From: Phaeosaccion multiseriatum
Taxonomy: Eukaryota > Protista > Ochrophyta, other classes
Assembly: GCA_965112735.1 (NCBI GenBank)
Contig: OZ218955.1
Span: 1,798,001 to 1,862,000 of the forward strand
Length of the DNA: 64,000 nucleotides
Reading direction: 5' to 3'
The position numbers and the translations under genes are program-made. The notes below the pieces were generated by a model that was not told where the DNA came from, did no database searches, and saw only the letters and a list, made by a program, of their open reading frames with translations. Positions 58,658 to 64,000 of this stretch are shown here, piece after piece (the stretch's first letter is position 1; each line of letters begins with the position of its first letter).

Positions 58658-61081
58658 ATGGCAAACCTGGGCTGGGGAGAGGGTGGAAAGCCGGACACTC
58701 CTCCTGTGTCGAGGCACAACAGCGAAATCATGGGAATTGGGGCGACAGAGACGAGCCGACTGATCGACGGCACCGGTGCGCTCGTTGGCACGGCCGACAG
58801 CATCAGTGCGATTGGGGGGGGGGCAACCGCTCCATCAGCAGCAGCAGCAGCATCAGCAGCATCAGCAGCATCTCCTCCCAATGAACCAAGTAGCGGCGAG
58901 GGCGCGAAAGGCAGTAGCAGCAGGAGGAGATGGAGCAAAAGGGCCGAAGGCTCCTCCACCTTCATGGCAGCGCTCTCTCCGAGCCCCACTCGGAAGGTAG
59001 ACAACCTCACCGGTAAGTACCACGTGCGATACCCCCCTCATCTTGTAGGGAGTAGAAGGCCGACACAGAAGCGATGACACGCACCCTCTCCACTACCTTC
59101 GACCCCAACCTTCCTTTTCCCTCGTGAATTCCTTCTCCCTCCTTCCTCCTCCTCCTTCTCCCTCCCCCCACTCTTCTCGTAACCTGCCTACCATCGCCCC
59201 AACAAACACACACTCACGCAGGGGCGGTCCATGACAAGCCGCCGGCGTACACTGAGACGGCCCTCGGAGGCCCCAACCGGACGCGCTTGTCCACCTACGA
59301 TGGCGCAGGGAGCATCTCAGGAAACCAGCCCAGGTACCTCAGACTGGTCCTTCCTGACCAATACCCCACAGAGACTAGTCGACTCTGTCCGTCTAGATGT
59401 AGCCAAGTCTTCAGCCACGCCAGCAGGGCACACTGCCGCGCTCCACTCACTCACGTACTCGCATTCCCGTTCTCTTTCCTTTCTTTCTTCCGTCCTTCCT
59501 TCGTTCCTTCCTTCCTTCGTTCCTTCCTCCCCTTTCGTTTGGATAGGATCGTTTCTGCGCGCGTGCGCTTGCAGTCCTGGGAGTTTCCTGGGTGGGGCAG
59601 TCACTTTCGCATGTCCATGCCCCCAGAGGCACTCATCGAGATACACGAAGGCGAGGCTGGCGGGGGGGGAGAAGGGGGATCGGGTCCTGTGTATAGGGTA
59701 TGGCCAAGGCGAGGGCGCTTCCTTTACTTTCATTCTCAGTCTCAGCCTTTTCCTCGTTCATCACAGCACATTCTCTCGCTCGCTATTCCTTCTCACGTGA
59801 CTCACCCATCCACCCACCCTCCCATCCACCCACCCACCGACCGACCCACCCACCCACCCAACCACCCATTCATCCATCCACCCATCCATCCACCCAACCA
59901 TCGATCCACCCAACCATCGATCCATCCACCAACCCACCCACCCACCCACTCACCCATCCACTGCCCGTCACCCACCCACCATCCACCCATCCACCCACCC
60001 ATTGACATGCTACACCCCACCCACCCATTGACATACTACACCCACCCACAGACTTTATCCGACGCGAGCACGGCAAGCTCGGTGAGTGGAGCGCTACAGC
60101 CATCTGCGGTAATGATATCCTCAGCTCCGTGCTCTACGTGAGTGGCCTCGTGACGGTGAGCGCCGGTCTGCTCTCGCCCATATGCCTGGCCATTGTGGCA
60201 GGCATTCTCTACCTCTATCGCTTCATCTATGGTGAGGCAATGAGCGCGCTGCCCCTCAACGGAGGCAGTTACAACGTACTCATCAACAGCGTGAGCAAGG
60301 CGGTGGCCTCCTTTGCAGCTTGCCTGGCGGTCATTTCGTACATTGCCACAGGGGTAGTGAGCTCGTCCACGGCCATCGCCTACCTCTCTAGCCTCTATCC
60401 GGAGCTTGACCGCACTGTGGGCACCATTGTGCTGCTCTTTATCTTCGCGTGTCTCACCTGCTGGGGCATCACGGAGTCAGCCAAGGTAGGTGTGTGCGCG
60501 TGCGTGCGTGGGTGCGTGCGCGGTTGGGTGCATGCTTAGGTGGGTGGAGTGCGGGGGGGCGAGTCAGAGAGAGAGAGAGAGAGAGAGAGGAGGCCAAGAC
60601 AGAGAGGCTACCAGGCTACTCCAGCCCACTCCAGTCCCCCGCCTTCTGCTGCTCCTCTGGCCCTGGCCACGCCCGACGTATTATGCCCCCTCTCCCTCTC
60701 TCTTCCTCTCCTGTCTCTCTCTCCCTCCCCCTCTCTCTCTCTCTATTCCTCTCCCTCCCTCCCTACCCCCTTCCCTCCCTCTCTCCCCGGCCCGCCTTCC
60801 CTCCCCAGGTGGCCGTTGCCATCTTTGTGCTGCATGTGGTTACTCTGAGCGCGCTGTGTGTGCTGTGTGCCTTCTACGCGATGGAAAACACCTCCATTCT
60901 CTATAGCAACTATCAACTCGGCTTTCCAGACGTGTCCATCGGAGGGGTGGCGGTGCAGGGCTGCTGGCAGACGGCTCTGCTCTTTGGGGTATCTAGTGCG
61001 ATGTTAGGGGTGTCGGGCTTTGAATCTTCAAGGTAGGCGTGAGGGGTGGGGTGTTTCTGTCAGCTTCTCCTCCTCCTACTT

Positions 61082-61143
<62 letters not shown>

Positions 61144-64000
61144 GCTACTACTACTACTACAACTGCACCGTCTACCCCTCCTCCTCCTCCTCCTCCTCCC
61201 TCTCTTCCTCCTACTCCTAAGCTGGAACCGCCCTGCCTTGCCTTACCTGGCCTGGGCTGGCCTGGCCTCTCCCTGCCTGGCCTTGCTCTGCCGGGTGTGG
61301 GTGGGTGGACAGTGACCACACGTACAGCCAATGTGTCTAACGAACTGATTTGCCTTGTCTTGCCTTGCCTTGCTGGGTGGGTGGACACTGGTCACACACA
61401 CATACAGCCAATTCATCGAGGAGCAGGCGGAGGGCGTGTTCCCAAAGACGCTGGCCAACATGTGGATGGGCGTGGCGGTGTTCAACCCCGTGATATGCGC
61501 ACTCTCCTTCTGTGTGCTTCACATGGATGAGATCACCGCACACAAAGGTAGGGGAGTGGGTGGGTGTAGTATGTCAATGGGTGGGTGGGTGTAGTATGTC
61601 AATGTGTGGGTGGGTGTAGTATGTCAATGGGTGGGTCACATGGATGAGATCACCGCACACAAAGGCAGGCGACTGGGGGAGGGGGCTGGGGGTGGGTGAG
61701 TTAGCGGGCGGGTGGTGTAGTATGTCAATGGGTGGGTGGATGGGTGCACTATGTCAATGGGTGTGTGGGTGTGTGTGTGGGTGTAGTATGTCAATGGGTT
61801 GATGGGTGGGTGGGTGGGCGGGTGTATGGGGTGTGTGTGCGTATGTAGTGTGTTTTGTGGGTGTGGGTGGGGAAGTGTAAGGGGGGGGGGGCGTGTAAGT
61901 GTAGATGCGTGCGTGTGTGTGTGTGTGCGTGTGTGTGTGTGTGTGTGGGGACATAACACGTATTCCGTCCGCTCTTCCTCCTCGCGTGTGGAAGATGCTG
62001 CGGATAACGCCCTCTGGCGGCGTCCCTTCTCTGTAGATTGCCTGCTGCTGTACCACCAACTACTGCTCCTGCTCCTGCTGCTGTCGTTGTTGCTGCCACT
62101 GCCACTGCTACTGCTCTGCTGTTATTGCTTCTCCTCTTTCTTGTCGTCGCCTCCCCCTACTCGTCTTCGGTCTTGTCTCTCCCCTCCTCCCTAATAGACG
62201 CAATGCTTGCCCAGATGGCCGAGCGTGTAGGCGTGTGGCTGGCCAGCAAGATGAACATGACGGCGCACAGAGAGTTCGCGCAGCTCCTCGTCACGTGGGT
62301 CAGTCTCGATGCCTTCATCGTGCTCTCCGGGGCCCTGCTCACGGGCTATGTCGGTATCACCGGCCTCATTCGACGCATGGCCTCAGGTTAGTTGCTTCGC
62401 TGGGAGGAAAAAAGGGTGGACTGGGCACAGGCAAGAGAGAACGATAAGGTTAAACCAAACTTGACAAGCGTTGCCCTCTCCCGTCCGTGCAGACCGCTGC
62501 CTTCCACAGTTCCTCTTGGAGACCAACAAATGGCGAGGCACGAATCACAACATCATCTTTGGCTTCTTCTTCCTCGCCACCAGTCAGGTAAGCACTTACT
62601 TAGAACAGTACGTAATATCGAATGTAGAAAGAGGGGACTTAGCAGGTCGTAATTAAATATGTCATATTATCTCTCCTGAAAGAAGGAACCTTATCATCCT
62701 CCCTCCTTCCCCTCATCTTCCTCCTCTTCCCCCCCCCCCGGCCTGCCCTCCTTACCCCCCTCCTACTCTCCTTCCCCTCCTCCCCTCCTCCTCCCCCCCC
62801 TCCCCCCCCTCCCCTCTCCCTCTTCATCCTTCCCCTCCTCACCACCCCCCCCCCCCCCTCCCTCCCCCCTTCTGTAGGTCCTTCTCCTCCGTGGTGACAT
62901 TGGGCTCCTCTCCGGCGTGTACACCTTCGCCTTCCTGGGGGTCATGTCCATCTTCAGCGTCGGCTGCCTAGCACTCAAATTCAAGCGCCCCACTCTCCCA
63001 CGCGACATTACCACCTCCTACTTCACCATTGTCTTTGGCGGTACCTGTGTTGCTACCACCTTCCTCGCCAACGTCATTAGCAAGCCCGAGATCCTGTCCT
63101 ATTTCTCCCTCTACTTTATGGCGGTGGGGGCCGTGGTCATTACGGTGTTTCAACGGATCCGCCTGTTCAAGCTGCTGCTGCTTATCCTCAAGCACGTCTT
63201 CCCCACCTGGGACTTTACGTACCTCAAGGAGCACATTTCGGAGATTCAAAATGTGCCGTACATCTTTTTCTGGTGGGTGTGTGTGCGTGCGCGTGCGTGT
63301 GGGTGCGTGTGTGTATATGGGTGTGCGTATGTATGTGTGCGCGTGTGTAGGCGCGTCGTTCTCGACGGCTTTCTCTCATCTCTTCCACCAAGGAGAGGGT
63401 CGAATAGTGTGCTCCACACTCCCCTGTACCTGTCTGCAATCACACGTCCTTGCCCCACACCACCCTTTGCTTGCTACGCTTACCACTTGAGTCACCATCC
63501 TTCGGCCCTTCTCCCGCACCACCCACCCACGCACCCACCGACCCACCGACCACCATCACTTCCCTCCACCACACCACCCTTGTGCGATACCCCCCACGCC
63601 CTTTGCCCCTTTGCCCCTTTGCCCCTTGTCCTTTGCAGTAAATACGACGATCTGTACGTGCTGAACAAGGCCATTCTATACGTCAGAGAGAATGAACAAA
63701 CGCAGGTGAGAGAGAGGGTATCAGAGAGTGTGTGAGAGAGACGGTCAGAGGGTAAGAGAGAGAGAGGGATTCACAGAGAGAGGGAGGGCGAGGAGAGAGT
63801 TAAGATAGAGGAGAGTCAGAGGGTGTGAGAGAGACGGACTCCTAGAGAGAGAGCTAGAGAGAGAAGAGTTAGCGGGTGTGTGTCTGTGTGAGATCGAGAG
63901 AGGGTCAGAGGGTGAGAGAGAGGACTTTGAGTCGGCAAGGTCATTCGCTAACTGCTATGACCGCGCGCTGTGTTTGTGTGTCTTTGTGTTTGAAGAGTGT
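58658..64000 (+). CDS. Amino acid permease, APC superfamily; 3' end runs off the window
   Basis: [128 protein letters not shown]. Confidence 0.92.
59991..60049 (-). repeat. Two reverse-orientation copies of the 25-bp GGGTGTAGTATGTCAATGGGTGGGT minisatellite
   Basis: cccattgacatgctacacccc...cccattgacatactacaccc directly upstream of the acceptor at 60050-60051. Confidence 0.88.
61082..61160. repeat. (CTA)n intronic microsatellite
   Basis: About 26 units in a permease intron. Confidence 0.95.
61558..61800 (+). repeat. About six copies of the 25-bp GGGTGTAGTATGTCAATGGGTGGGT minisatellite, interrupted by a 30-bp copy of the preceding exon end
   Basis: gtagtatgtcaatg core at ~61566, 61591, 61616, 61717, 61749 (variant) and 61783. 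Confidence 0.9.

Noticed and set aside
1-64000. Hundreds of ORFs rich in poly-L, poly-P, HTHT, SLSL, CVCV or IHPS
   Set aside because: They are translations of intronic microsatellites, or antisense/alternative frames of real exons in GC-rich DNA.
1-64000. Stop-codon reassignment implied by the odd tRNA
   Set aside because: TAA, TAG and TGA all end genes at expected C-termini, no in-frame stop is needed in any reconstructed exon, and conserved Trp residues use TGG.

Overview
Gene-dense, GC-rich, intron-rich eukaryotic nuclear DNA, most likely from an ochrophyte (stramenopile) alga. That assignment is inference: two genes carry bipartite signal peptide + ASAF/LAFAP-type plastid presequences, and the introns are GT-AG and filled with microsatellites. 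By manual splicing I reconstruct 16 protein-coding genes. In order they are: H3K36-type SET methyltransferase (truncated at the left edge), an unknown WPP-repeat/PH/TPR protein, PRMT10-like, TIP41, CSN4, ABCB/TAP-like half transporter, TSG101/Vps23, SpoU/TrmH RNA methyltransferase, DUF4536/DMAC1-like, Blc-like lipocalin, DDX51/Dbp6, DUF3054, a RAD5/16-class SNF2-RING ATPase, polyprenol reductase, an unknown coiled-coil protein and an APC amino-acid permease (truncated at the right edge). There is also one atypical tRNA with a CCA anticodon and one ~236-bp MITE-like element. The most notable observations are: (1) introns whose 5' and 3' halves carry complementary simple repeats; (2) an inverted 25-bp minisatellite that brackets a frame-symmetric 798-nt three-exon block in the permease; (3) the unusual tRNA(CCA); (4) near-strict head-to-head gene pairing; (5) a Cys/His domain plus SUMO-interacting-like motifs fused to the SNF2-RING ATPase. 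Most ORFs in the supplied track are microsatellite read-throughs. Exon boundaries were placed by eye and may be off by a few bases, and family assignments come from remembered motifs, not from searches.
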